NCBI GenBank assembly: GCA_938045065.1
Contig: CALIOA010000068.1
Location: forward strand, 77,495 to 141,494
Direction: 5' to 3'
DNA from: an uncultured Collinsella sp.
GTDB lineage: Bacteria; Actinomycetota; Coriobacteriia; Coriobacteriales; Coriobacteriaceae
DNA length: 64,000 nt
The notes below the pieces were generated by a model. The model was not told the origin of the DNA. It did not search any database and saw nothing but the letters and a program-made list of their open reading frames with translations. Made by a program: the position numbers and the translations under genes. Shown in pieces: positions 1 to 9,995 of this stretch. Position 1 is the first letter of the stretch. The number at the start of each line of letters is the position of its first letter.

Positions 1-903
<903 letters not shown>

Positions 904-921
904 TCATCGTTGTGATTCTTG

Positions 922-1020
922 TGCAACCGGTTGTCCTTATCTTACGGGCGATGCAAAAAACTGTGCAACCGGTTGTCCGCTGAACGGTCGATTTGGTCGG
1001 GTTAACGGTGCAACCGGTTG
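922..1020. promoter_or_regulatory. three LacI-family operator-like palindromes TGCAACCGGTTG(T/C)A between divergent lacZ and lacI
   Basis: TGCAACCGGTTG occurs at 922-933, 964-975 and 1009-1020. It fits the LacI/GalR operator pattern TGnAAnCGnTTnCA. The nearest copy lies ~34 bp upstream of the lacZ ATG. Confidence 0.6.
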
Positions 1021-1264
1021 TACAACCGCGACACTTATGTCACCCTGAGTATCGAAACTCAGCGCAAGACATCGTTCTCAAGCTCGTAGGCAACCGCCAC
1101 GCCCGCTGATATCTCACCCATACGAGACGTATTCAATTGCGGCTTGGTTGCAAAACGACACCGGTCACCGGATATCATGAACGCTGTTCAGGCGCACTAT
1201 AGTAAGCTGTATCCGCACCAGCCCGTATCAGCGACAACATCGACCGCATTCTCCAGGAGACGCC

Positions 1265-2281
1265 ATGACCCAACCAGTTCGCACCGCACCTACGCTTGCC
1301 GAGGTTGCCGCAGCTGCCGGCGTGTCGCGCTCCACGGCATCGCGCGCTCTCAACGATTCGCCCCGCATTAGCGAGGAAACCAAAAGGCGCGTCCGCGCGG
1401 CGGCCAAGGAAGTCAATTTTGTCCCCAACGCTCGTGGCCGAGCGCTCGCTGTCGGGCGCACGGAAATCATCGCCGTGCTCGTGACCGAGCCCCTGAGTGA
1501 ACTCTTCAGCGACCCCACCTATAGCGAGTTTTTGAGCGGCATTACCGAGGAGCTGTCAGAGTCGTCCTACCTGCCCGTTATCTTGCAGGCGTCTTCTACG
1601 CATGAGCGCAACCGCGCACGCGAGCACTTTGAGCGCCGCTCGTTCGACGCCGTGATCGACGTCTCCCCCTACAAGGGCAGCGAGCTGCTCGAGGTACTGC
1701 GCGAGCTGGGCGTACCCACCGTGTTGTGCGGCCAGCTCGAGGGCCACCCCTATCGTGATGTGTTCTCGACAGTCTACTCTGACGACGAAGAGGGCGGACG
1801 CTTTGCGGCACTCGCCATAAAGGATCGCGGGCGCAAAGATATCGTCGCCGTGTTGGGACCGCAAGACAACCCCGCTGTTGCCGACCGCCTGCGCGGCTAC
1901 CGCGCCGTCTTGGGCGAAGACCTTCCAGACGCAAACGTTATCTATACCGGCTGGAACAGCGGAGACGGCTATCAGGCCATGCACCAGATTCTCGCGCGCG
2001 AGATCGCTTTCGATGGCGTGCTCTGCGGATCGGACCGTATCGCGGCTGGCGTCATCACCGCACTCAACGAGGCAGGCCTATCCGTTCCGGCGGACGTTTC
2101 TGTCGTCGGCTTCGACGATCACGAGATTGCGACGCGCTGCGTCCCCGCGCTCACGACCGTCCGCCAGCCCCTGCGCGAAGAAGGCCACATGGCCGCCAAC
2201 ATTGCGCTCGACATGATCAAGGGTGCCGAGCCGACCACCTCCGTGATGCACATGCAGCTGATCCAGAGAGACTCGCTATAA
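1265..2281 (+). CDS. LacI-family transcriptional regulator
   Basis: N-terminal HTH LAEVAAAAGVSRSTASRALN followed by a periplasmic-binding-protein-like sugar-binding domain; 338 aa. Confidence 0.9.
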   Translation: MTQPVRTAPTLAEVAAAAGVSRSTASRALNDSPRISEETKRRVRAAAKEVNFVPNARGRALAVGRTEIIAVLVTEPLSELFSDPTYSEFLSGITEELSESSYLPVILQASSTHERNRAREHFERRSFDAVIDVSPYKGSELLEVLRELGVPTVLCGQLEGHPYRDVFSTVYSDDEEGGRFAALAIKDRGRKDIVAVLGPQDNPAVADRLRGYRAVLGEDLPDANVIYTGWNSGDGYQAMHQILAREIAFDGVLCGSDRIAAGVITALNEAGLSVPADVSVVGFDDHEIATRCVPALTTVRQPLREEGHMAANIALDMIKGAEPTTSVMHMQLIQRDSL

Positions 2282-2287
2282 GAAACT

Positions 2288-2497
2288 GGGGCAGGCTTTC
2301 CGCCAGACAGTTGTTGCGGAAAGCCCGGCCCGTTTTGAGCGCTCATTCTGGGGCACAGTTTCCGTTAGACAGCTCTACCGGAAACTGTGCCCCATTATTT
2401 TGCCGAATTCTGGGTCGCGCTTTCCCAGAGGACCCCCTTTGGGAAAGCGCGACCCGTTCTGGACCCAGATTCCGGGACGCACTTTCCGCGACGCCCG
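2288..2497. repeat. tandem array of four GGG-N6-TTTCC / GGAAA-N6-CCC hairpin units (REP-like)
   Basis: Perfect 15-bp stems GGGGCACAGTTTCCG/CGGAAACTGTGCCCC and GGGTCGCGCTTTCCC/GGGAAAGCGCGACCC, plus two imperfect units. Spacers are conserved as ..TTCTG..ATTC.. and stem interiors vary with compensatory changes. The array sits between the convergent 3' ends of lacI and aspS. Confidence 0.7.
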
Positions 2498-2586
2498 GTC
2501 ACCCCATGCCCTCACAATCTCGGCGTATAAAAAACGAGGGAAGGCACGCGTCCTTCCCTCGTTACGGGCAATATGTAGCCGCTTGC

Positions 2587-4374
2587 CTACATCAGGCGCA
2601 GGCTGACGTCCTTGAGCTGGGCGCCGCTAACGGCACTCGGGGCGCCCGACATGAGGTCGGAGCCGCTGGCCGTCTTGGGGAACGCCATGACGTCGCGGAT
2701 GGAGTCGGAACCGGTGAGCAGCATGCACACGCGGTCCAGGCCCAAAGCGAAACCGCCCATCGGGGGCGCACCAAACTTGAGTGCCTCCATGAGGAAGCCG
2801 AACTGAGACTCGGCACGCTCCTCGGTAAAGCCCAGGAGCTTGAGCATGGACATCTGCATCTCGGCGTTGTGGATACGCATACCGCCGCCGCCGGCCTCAA
2901 AGCCGTCCATGACAAAGTCGTAGGTGCAAGAACCGGCTGCCAACGGATCGGCCTCGATCTTGGCGATGTCGGTCTCGGTCGGCAGGGTGAAGGGCTGGTG
3001 CTCGGCAGCGTAAGCCTTGCGATCCTCGTCCCAGTGGAACAGCGGGAAGTTGACGACCCACAGGAAGTCGTGGCCCTCGCGCTTGATCTCGAGTGCGTTG
3101 GCCATGTGAGAACGCATGCCGCCCAGGATCTCGTCGGAGAGCAGGCGCGGGCCGGCGGCGAACATCACAAGGTCGCCGGGCTCGACGTCCATGCGCTCGC
3201 GCAGAGCGGCCATCTCCTCGTCCGAGAAGAACTTGACGATGGGGCTGTTGATGGAGCCGTCCTCGCGGAAGGCGATCCAGGCCAGGCCCTTGGCGCCAAA
3301 CGTGGAGGCCACGCCGGCGAGCTTATCGATCTTGGCACGTGCCCAGGCACCGGCGCCCTTGGCGTTGATGGCCTTGACGACAGAGCCCTCCTCGTTTGCG
3401 GCAGTCGCAAAGACCTTGAACTTGGAGTTGGCAAAGATGTCGGTCAGGTCGACCAGGTGCATGCCATAGCGGGTATCGGGCTTGTCGGAGCCATAGGTGT
3501 CCATGGCATCCCAGTAGTTCATGCGACGCAGCGGCGTGGGCATCTCGACGCCCATGCGGCCGAAAGCATCGGCCAGGACTTCTTCGAGTGCGCTCATGAC
3601 ATCGTTCTGGTCCACGAAGGACATCTCGATGTCGACCTGGGTGAACTCGGGCTGACGGTCGGCACGCAGGTCCTCGTCGCGGAAGCACTTGGCAACCTGG
3701 TAGTAGCGCTCGACGCCACCGACCATGAGCAGCTGCTTCAGGAGCTGCGGGGACTGCGGCAGGGCATAGAAGTTACCCGGCTGAATACGGCTGGGAACGA
3801 TGAAGTCGCGGGCGCCCTCGGGCGTGGACTTAAACAGGGAGGGCGTCTCGACCTCCATGAACTCACGGTTGTGCAGCGCCTCGCGAATGGCAAAGGTGAA
3901 GTCGGAGCGCAGCTTGAGGTTGGCCATCATCTCGGGACGGCGGAGGTCCAGATAGCGATAGCGCAGACGGGTGTCCTCGCTGGTCTCGATGCCGTCCTCG
4001 ATCTGGAACGGCGGGGTGACGGACGTGTTGAGCACCTCGGCGTGGTCGGTCAGGACCTCGATCTCGCCGGTCGCGAGCTTGGTGTTGGTGGTCTCCTCGC
4101 CACGGGAGCGCACGACGCCGTGGATCTTGATGGGCCACTCGGGACGCATGGTCTCGGCGATCTTAAAGGCATCGCCATCGGAGTGCTCGGGGTCGAAGGT
4201 GAGCTGCGTGATGCCCTCGCGGTCGCGAAGGTCGCAGAAGATAAGGCCGCCGTGGTCGCGGCGACGGCTCACCCAACCGGTGAGGGTGACCTCTTCGCCC
4301 ACGTTCTCGAAGCGAAGCTCGCCGCAGGTACGGGTGTGCATGGAATGCTCATCGATGGGACGGGTCTGGCTCAT
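2587..4374 (-). CDS. aspS: aspartate--tRNA ligase
   Basis: 595 aa; full-length class II aaRS with OB-fold N-terminus, FRDEDLRADRQPEFTQVD and a GGG..R.HN motif region typical of AspRS. Confidence 0.95.
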   Translation of the reverse strand: MSQTRPIDEHSMHTRTCGELRFENVGEEVTLTGWVSRRRDHGGLIFCDLRDREGITQLTFDPEHSDGDAFKIAETMRPEWPIKIHGVVRSRGEETTNTKLATGEIEVLTDHAEVLNTSVTPPFQIEDGIETSEDTRLRYRYLDLRRPEMMANLKLRSDFTFAIREALHNREFMEVETPSLFKSTPEGARDFIVPSRIQPGNFYALPQSPQLLKQLLMVGGVERYYQVAKCFRDEDLRADRQPEFTQVDIEMSFVDQNDVMSALEEVLADAFGRMGVEMPTPLRRMNYWDAMDTYGSDKPDTRYGMHLVDLTDIFANSKFKVFATAANEEGSVVKAINAKGAGAWARAKIDKLAGVASTFGAKGLAWIAFREDGSINSPIVKFFSDEEMAALRERMDVEPGDLVMFAAGPRLLSDEILGGMRSHMANALEIKREGHDFLWVVNFPLFHWDEDRKAYAAEHQPFTLPTETDIAKIEADPLAAGSCTYDFVMDGFEAGGGGMRIHNAEMQMSMLKLLGFTEERAESQFGFLMEALKFGAPPMGGFALGLDRVCMLLTGSDSIRDVMAFPKTASGSDLMSGAPSAVSGAQLKDVSLRLM

Positions 4375-4630
4375 ACCAGTGATCCTCCTTTATGGATCTG
4401 TGCCGCCCCGTGTCGTTCCGGGCGGCGTCGTACAGATTTGCCCAGCCTGCGTAAACCGCGCAGCCAGACATGGCGTTCTATGTTATCGCACCCGCGTCGA
4501 TGTGCCGCGAAAAAGTAGCTCTTACCCAAAGACTTGACGGAGACGAAACAATTGACGCACCGCGGCACCCGCCCGCGCTATTCACGTGCGACAATATGCC
4601 CCAATAAAACAGCACTTGGAAAGGCCCATC

Positions 4631-5266
4631 ATGACTGCACGCCTCATTGTTATGGATATCGACTCCACGCTCATCAACCAGGAGGTCATCGACCTGTTGG
4701 GCGAGGAGGCCGGCGTGGGCGAGCAAGTTGCGCAAATCACCGAGCGCGCTATGTGCGGCGAGCTGGACTTTAAGCAGGCGCTCGAGGAGCGCGTGGGGCT
4801 GCTTGCCGGCTTGGACGAAAGTGTGTTCGAGCGCACCTTTGAGCGCGTGACGTTTACCCCCGGCGCGCTGGAGCTTGTGCGCTCGGCGCACAGCAAGGGC
4901 TGGAAAGTCGGCGTGGTAAGCGGCGGCTTTCACGAGGTCGCCGATAAGATCGTGGCCGCCGCGGGCATCGACTTTTGCCTCGCTAACCGCCTGGAGGTCG
5001 TGGGCGGCCAGCTCACCGGTAAGCTGGCGGCAGACATCGTGACCAAAGAGTCCAAGCTCATCCAGCTGCTGGACTGGGCGGTTGAGTGCGGTGTCGATAT
5101 GGCTCATACCGTCGCGATCGGCGACGGCGCCAACGACATCCCCATGATTCAGGCCGCGGGCACGGGCATCGCATTTTGCGCCAAGCCCAAGACGCGCGAG
5201 GCCGCCCCGTTTGCCATCGATGAGCGCAACCTGATGCTCGCCATGGACATCATCCTGCGTGACTAG
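4631..5266 (+). CDS. serB: phosphoserine phosphatase (HAD family)
   Basis: DIDSTL (DxDxT) motif I, GDGAND motif and HAD fold; start trimmed to the ATG at 4631, which has an upstream GGAAAGG RBS. Confidence 0.8.
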   Translation: MTARLIVMDIDSTLINQEVIDLLGEEAGVGEQVAQITERAMCGELDFKQALEERVGLLAGLDESVFERTFERVTFTPGALELVRSAHSKGWKVGVVSGGFHEVADKIVAAAGIDFCLANRLEVVGGQLTGKLAADIVTKESKLIQLLDWAVECGVDMAHTVAIGDGANDIPMIQAAGTGIAFCAKPKTREAAPFAIDERNLMLAMDIILRD

Positions 5267-5306
5267 TCAGTTTGCTTCACAACTTCATCTAATCTGACAT
5301 ATCAGA

Positions 5307-5338
5307 TTTCCGAACAATTATGCTCTAATGTTCGGAAA
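5307..5338. promoter_or_regulatory. perfect inverted repeat TTTCCGAACA-N12-TGTTCGGAAA, ~45 bp upstream of larB
   Basis: 10-bp perfect arms at 5307-5316 and 5329-5338; a candidate operator, possibly for the TetR encoded in the cluster. Confidence 0.35.
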
Positions 5339-5382
5339 CAACCCTTCGCGTGCTAAACTTTTCTGCGTCGAAGGGAACTTAT

Positions 5383-6165
5383 ATGGACAAACGAGATCTT
5401 GAGCAATTGCTAAGTGACGTGGCAGACGGAAGCATTACGCCGGCCGATGCCCTCACGCGCATCCAGACGGCGCCGACCGCCGACCTGGGCTTTGCACAGC
5501 TCGATCTTTCGCGCGGAGTGCGCCAGGGAGCCGGCGAGGTTGTCTACGGTGCCGGTAAAACCGCCGAGCAAATTGCCGCCATTATCGAAGCGCTGCGCGA
5601 TGCCGGCCAGGAGCGCATCCTGGTCACGCGCCTGGATGCCGAAAAGGCAGCCCGCACCTCGGAGTTCCTCGGCAACGGCATCGACCTGGGATATGTCCCG
5701 GACGCGCAGCTCGCCCTCGTGGGCGGCAAGCCCTCCCCTACCGGCAACGGACGCATCGTCGTCGCCTGCGCCGGCACGAGCGACCTGCCCGTCGCCGAGG
5801 AAGCCGCGTTGACGGCCGAGTTCTATGGCAACGAGGTCGACCTCCTCTACGACGTAGGCGTCGCCGGCCTGCACCGCCTACTCGCGCATGCCGAGGAACT
5901 TGCCCAGGCACAGGTGGTCATCGCCATCGCCGGCATGGAGGGCGCGTTGGCGAGCGTTATCGGCGGTCTGGTGAGCTGTCCGGTCATCGCCGTTCCCACC
6001 AGCGTGGGCTACGGCGCAAGTTTTGGTGGCGTAGCCGCACTGCTCGCCATGCTCAATTCCTGTGCCAGCGGCGTATCGGTCGTCAATATCGACAACGGCT
6101 TTGGCGCCGCTTACCAGGCAAGTCTTATCAATCATCTGAGCGCCGGCACACCCCGCGCCCGCTAA
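5383..6165 (+). CDS. larB: nickel-pincer cofactor biosynthesis protein LarB (PurE-like carboxylase/hydrolase)
   Basis: C-terminal PurE-like AIR-carboxylase fold (GMEGALASVIGGLVSCPVIAVPTSVGYG). It is clustered with larC, larD and larA. Confidence 0.8.
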   Translation: MDKRDLEQLLSDVADGSITPADALTRIQTAPTADLGFAQLDLSRGVRQGAGEVVYGAGKTAEQIAAIIEALRDAGQERILVTRLDAEKAARTSEFLGNGIDLGYVPDAQLALVGGKPSPTGNGRIVVACAGTSDLPVAEEAALTAEFYGNEVDLLYDVGVAGLHRLLAHAEELAQAQVVIAIAGMEGALASVIGGLVSCPVIAVPTSVGYGASFGGVAALLAMLNSCASGVSVVNIDNGFGAAYQASLINHLSAGTPRAR

Positions 6166-6175
6166 GGAGCATTCC

Positions 6176-7087
6176 ATGTCCAATCATCAGCACACGCTTA
6201 TCATCGACGGCACCTCGGGCATCAGCGGCGATATGACCGTCGCGGCCCTGCTCGACCTGGGCGCCAGCGAGGAGCACCTGCGCGAACAGCTCGCCACACT
6301 GCCGGTCGACGGCTTTACGATCGCCGTCACGCGCGTAAACAAGCATGGCATCGACGCCTGCGATTTCGACGTTCAGCTGGCAGAAGAGCTCGAGAACCAC
6401 GACCACGACATGGCATGGCTCTACGGCAACGAAGCAGCTGCCGAGCACACGCACGAGCACGAGCACCACCATCATGACCATGACGAGCATGAGCACTGCC
6501 ATGAGCATGATCATGAGACCCACGGCCATGGCCACGAGGGTCACCATCACGTCCACCACCATCACCACCGTTCTTTGGCGGACGTCACCGCTATCATCGA
6601 CGGCTCGCAGCTAAGCGATGGCGCCAAGCGTCGTGCGCTCGCCATCTTTACCGCGCTCGCCGCCGCCGAGGCAAAGGCCCACGGCAAAACGCCCGAGACC
6701 GTCATGTTCCACGAGGTAGGCGCCGTCGATTCCATCGTCGACGTCTGCTCTGTCGCCATCTGCCTCGATGACCTAGGTATTGAGGACATCGTGGTCGAGT
6801 CGCTCTCCGAAGGCCACGGAACCATTCGCTGCGCCCACGGCCTTATGCCCATTCCCGTCCCCGCTGTCGTCAACCTGTGCCAGGCGGGCAATATCGCCCT
6901 CACGCCCGCACCGGTCGCTGGCGAGCTCGTGACGCCCACGGGCGCCGCCATCGTCACCGCGCTGCGCACGTCCGAGCACCTGCCGGCACGCTACCACATC
7001 GAGGCCGTCGGCTACGGCGCCGGCAAGCGCCCCTACGAGGGTTGCTCCGGCACGCTCCGTTGTCTACTCGTTGACGTGGATGCATAG
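6176..7087 (+). CDS. larC: nickel insertion protein LarC, N-terminal (LarC1-type) domain with His-rich insert; the C-terminal CTP-binding domain is absent
   Basis: IDGTSGISGDM motif of LarC/DUF111 and a His-rich stretch HEHEHHHHDHDEHEHCHEHDHETHGHGHEGHHHVHHHHH. The ORF stops 2 nt before the TetR gene. Confidence 0.75.
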   Translation: MSNHQHTLIIDGTSGISGDMTVAALLDLGASEEHLREQLATLPVDGFTIAVTRVNKHGIDACDFDVQLAEELENHDHDMAWLYGNEAAAEHTHEHEHHHHDHDEHEHCHEHDHETHGHGHEGHHHVHHHHHRSLADVTAIIDGSQLSDGAKRRALAIFTALAAAEAKAHGKTPETVMFHEVGAVDSIVDVCSVAICLDDLGIEDIVVESLSEGHGTIRCAHGLMPIPVPAVVNLCQAGNIALTPAPVAGELVTPTGAAIVTALRTSEHLPARYHIEAVGYGAGKRPYEGCSGTLRCLLVDVDA

Positions 7088-7089
7088 CC

Positions 7090-7629
7090 ATGGATGCCCG
7101 CAAAGAAAAAAGCCGCGCTGCCATCGTTGCAGCGTTCTCCGAGCTGCTACGCGAAGTGGACTACGGCAAGATCACTGTCGGCGACATCATCGCTCGCGCC
7201 CACGTAGGCCGCGCGACATTCTACGGCCTCTTTAAGAGCAAAGACGACCTACTGTCCGAGCTCGTGAGCGACATCTGCACCCACGCCCTCGACGACGATG
7301 GTACGCCGCTCGACGACCCACTCGTGCAAGTCGAGCATATCCTCAACAACCTCTGGGAGCGCCGCCAGGGCGTCCGAGCCCTCGTAGCCGGCGCCGGCTC
7401 CCGCGTCTTCGCCGACTGCCTACGCAAGACCATCATGTCACGAGCAGCCGAAACCGTGCCCGCCGACCCCACAGGCCCCGCCGGCACCATGGACCGCAGC
7501 TTCTTACTACACCACATAGCCTCAAGCTTCGTAGCAACCGTCCAATGGTGGGCCTGGCACAACTTCCAAGCCCCAAAAGAGAACGTAGCCAAAGACTACC
7601 TATCAGCCATAAAACCCCTCTTCAGCTAA
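7090..7629 (+). CDS. TetR/AcrR-family transcriptional regulator
   Basis: N-terminal TetR HTH (ITVGDIIARAHVGRATFYGLFKSKDDL); 179 aa. Confidence 0.85.
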   Translation: MDARKEKSRAAIVAAFSELLREVDYGKITVGDIIARAHVGRATFYGLFKSKDDLLSELVSDICTHALDDDGTPLDDPLVQVEHILNNLWERRQGVRALVAGAGSRVFADCLRKTIMSRAAETVPADPTGPAGTMDRSFLLHHIASSFVATVQWWAWHNFQAPKENVAKDYLSAIKPLFS

Positions 7630-7787
7630 GTAAGAAACTCATCTCAAAGCACCGCCCCACCCCAAGGCGCCACGCATCCCAAAGTGTCACTCGCACTTCG
7701 ATGCCCCCAACAGCAACAAGCCCCTCCCATCCAAATTCAGATATATATATGTTGGGTTGCTTGTTCGAACACAGCCAAAAATGCCCA

Positions 7788-7912
7788 GGGCTCGGTAAGG
7801 GTTAACTTTCCAACGCACTCCGCAGGACGCAAAAAGGCTCGCCGCACGAAGTGCGCAGCGAGCCTTTTTGCATGTCCGAGGACGCGTTGGAAAGTTAACC
7901 CTTACCGAGCCC
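7788..7912. repeat. ~125-bp palindromic element, copy A (conserved centre, variable complementary outer arms)
   Basis: Outer arms GGGCTCGGTAAGGGTTAACTTTCCAACGC/GCGTTGGAAAGTTAACCCTTACCGAGCCC flank a core ACTCCGCAGGACGCAAAAAGGCTCGC-CGCACGAAGTGCG-CAGCGAGCCTTTTTGCATGTCCGAGGAC. A second copy sits at 10600-10726. Confidence 0.7.
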
Positions 7913-7936
7913 GGACCTTATAGAGCCGTCCTTAGC

Positions 7937-8668
7937 CTAGAACATGCCCAAGAAACCGTGCACAAACAGTGCGGCCAGAGCGGCACCGATAAACGGTGCG
8001 ATGCCAGGAACAAGCAGGCCATACTTCCAGTTGTTGTCGGCCTTGTTCTTGATCGGCAGTACCTGGTAAGCCATGCGAGGACCAAGGTCACGAGCCTGGT
8101 TCATGGCGAAGCCGGTGATGCCGCCCATGCCCATGCCAACGGCCCAAACGATCAGGCCGACGCAGACGGCGAGCATCAAAACGTTCTCACCAGCGCGGCT
8201 AGCGGCAGCAAGGATGGCGCTGATGAACACAAAGGTGCAGATAGCCTCGCAGAAGAAGTTACGGGCATAGTTCGTGCCCTCGGTAGTAGGGTTGGTCGAG
8301 AAGATGTTGCGCTGGGCAATAGGATCGACGACGCCCTCGGAAGCCTTGAACTCATCGGCATACATAAGCCAAGCGATTACGGCGCCCACAAAGCCGACGA
8401 GCATATCGGCAATCATGAAGGGGATGCAGCTGCTCCACGGCACCAGGCCTACGATGCACTGGGCAAGCACCATGGCGGGGTTCATGCACACGGCGCCGCC
8501 AAAGACAAACAGGCAGACCGAGATGCCAAAAGACCAGGTGGTGATGGCAAACATGTGACCGGAGCCCTGATACTTGGTGCCCTTGAGTACGGTATCGCAG
8601 TGCACGCCCACGCCAAAGATGATCATGAGGGCCGTTGCGCCGAATTCGCAGAGGAGTTTGGTAAGCAT
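7937..8668 (-). CDS. larD: MIP-family aquaglyceroporin (lactic acid channel LarD/GlpF-like)
   Basis: 6-TM MIP-channel architecture; adjacent to larA, as in lar operons. Confidence 0.8.
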   Translation of the reverse strand: MLTKLLCEFGATALMIIFGVGVHCDTVLKGTKYQGSGHMFAITTWSFGISVCLFVFGGAVCMNPAMVLAQCIVGLVPWSSCIPFMIADMLVGFVGAVIAWLMYADEFKASEGVVDPIAQRNIFSTNPTTEGTNYARNFFCEAICTFVFISAILAAASRAGENVLMLAVCVGLIVWAVGMGMGGITGFAMNQARDLGPRMAYQVLPIKNKADNNWKYGLLVPGIAPFIGAALAALFVHGFLGMF

Positions 8669-8717
8669 AAAACCTTATCTTTCTTGTCGGTTATAAACGA
8701 TTCGTTTAGGCCGCGTA

Positions 8718-9995
8718 CTAGTGCTGTGCGACGACAACGCCCAGGCCATCGGGAATGACGGCCACCTTGGCATCGGCACCCTTCATCTCAAAGGCGAGCT
8801 TGAGCGCCTCATCGAGGGTGTTAACCGGCGTCATGTGCATATCCTTGATCATCTGGTGATCGCACAGGTCGGTAACCATGATCACAGGGTGATGCGCGAG
8901 GATGCGGGCAAAGATCTGGCTCGTCCACTGGTCGGGCAGGGTCTCGTCCTTAGGACGGTCGATGCAGGCGCGCTCAAACTCTGCCGGATCATTGTCGGCG
9001 ATGTTGTGATAGAAGCCCTCGCCACCGTGACCGTCGGCACAACCGGCGACATCGATGATCACGCCGCCCTCGGGAAGTGTGGCCTCTGCAGAGCACATGC
9101 CCTTCACGGCCTGATAGATGTTCTGGTCGAGCGGGTAGCCGCCATTGGTGGTAATGGCAATCTCGCACTCGACGGGCTCAACGCCGGCAAGGCTCTTCAC
9201 GAACTCGCAGCCAGCCTCGTGCGCCTTGTGGATGTCGCCGGCAAAGGAGCCGATGACCTCGTGCTTGCCGTTGAGCACCACGTTAAGCACAAAGGCAAGG
9301 TGAGCCATCTCGGCAGCGGCAAACATGTCCTCGCTCACGTGGTTGTGGCACAGGTTGCCGGCACGCGAGTGGGAATCATTCACAAACTGACCGTTATGGT
9401 TGTACATGATGGTCTTGTAGCTGGCGATACCAGGCAGGACGGACTTGCGGCTACCAGAGAAACCAGCAAAGAAGTGCGGCTCAATAAAGCCCTCGGCAAG
9501 CAGCAGATCGCAATCGGCGGCAATCTTGTTGATGATGCACTCGCCACCAGAAGGCAGGGTGCCGATCTTTTTCATCATGCTGTCATCAGTCGCGACGTGC
9601 ATAACGATTTCCTCGTTGGCAACAATCTCCTCGCCGTACTTGTTGACGAGCTCCTCATGCGTCGACGGACGATGCATACCCGTAGCAACCAAAATACGCA
9701 CACGAGCCTCGGGTGCAGCAGTATGGATGTGATGCAGCAGAATAGGCATCGTCACACGCGATGGAACGGGGCGCGTATGGTCGGAGCTAATGATGACGAT
9801 ATCCTTCTTGCCAGCACAAAGCTCCTCGAGCGACGGCGAGCCATAAGGGTTGGCAAGCGACTCCTCTACCAGCTCTTCCTGCGATTTCGTGGTCTTAAAC
9901 TCGTTTTGATGACCTTCCATCACACCCGCGAAGTTCTTATCCTCGAGCTCCAGATGCAACGTCTTGTGGTCAAACGGCAGTTCACATTCAAACAA
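8718..9995 (-). CDS. larA: lactate racemase LarA (nickel-pincer dependent, DUF2088)
   Basis: 425 aa, the LarA family size and domain content; co-located with larB, larC and larD. Confidence 0.85.
   Translation of the reverse strand: MFECELPFDHKTLHLELEDKNFAGVMEGHQNEFKTTKSQEELVEESLANPYGSPSLEELCAGKKDIVIISSDHTRPVPSRVTMPILLHHIHTAAPEARVRILVATGMHRPSTHEELVNKYGEEIVANEEIVMHVATDDSMMKKIGTLPSGGECIINKIAADCDLLLAEGFIEPHFFAGFSGSRKSVLPGIASYKTIMYNHNGQFVNDSHSRAGNLCHNHVSEDMFAAAEMAHLAFVLNVVLNGKHEVIGSFAGDIHKAHEAGCEFVKSLAGVEPVECEIAITTNGGYPLDQNIYQAVKGMCSAEATLPEGGVIIDVAGCADGHGGEGFYHNIADNDPAEFERACIDRPKDETLPDQWTSQIFARILAHHPVIMVTDLCDHQMIKDMHMTPVNTLDEALKLAFEMKGADAKVAVIPDGLGVVVAQH

Noticed and set aside
2288-2497. Possibility that the hairpin arrays are CRISPR arrays
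   Set aside because: In CRISPR the repeats are constant and the spacers vary. Here the paired stem interiors vary and the unpaired linkers are constant, units are ~65 bp, and no cas genes are nearby.
2311-4518. 735-aa plus-strand ORF overlapping aspS
   Set aside because: Antisense to the full-length AspRS gene, and it also runs through the noncoding hairpin array; no recognisable domains.
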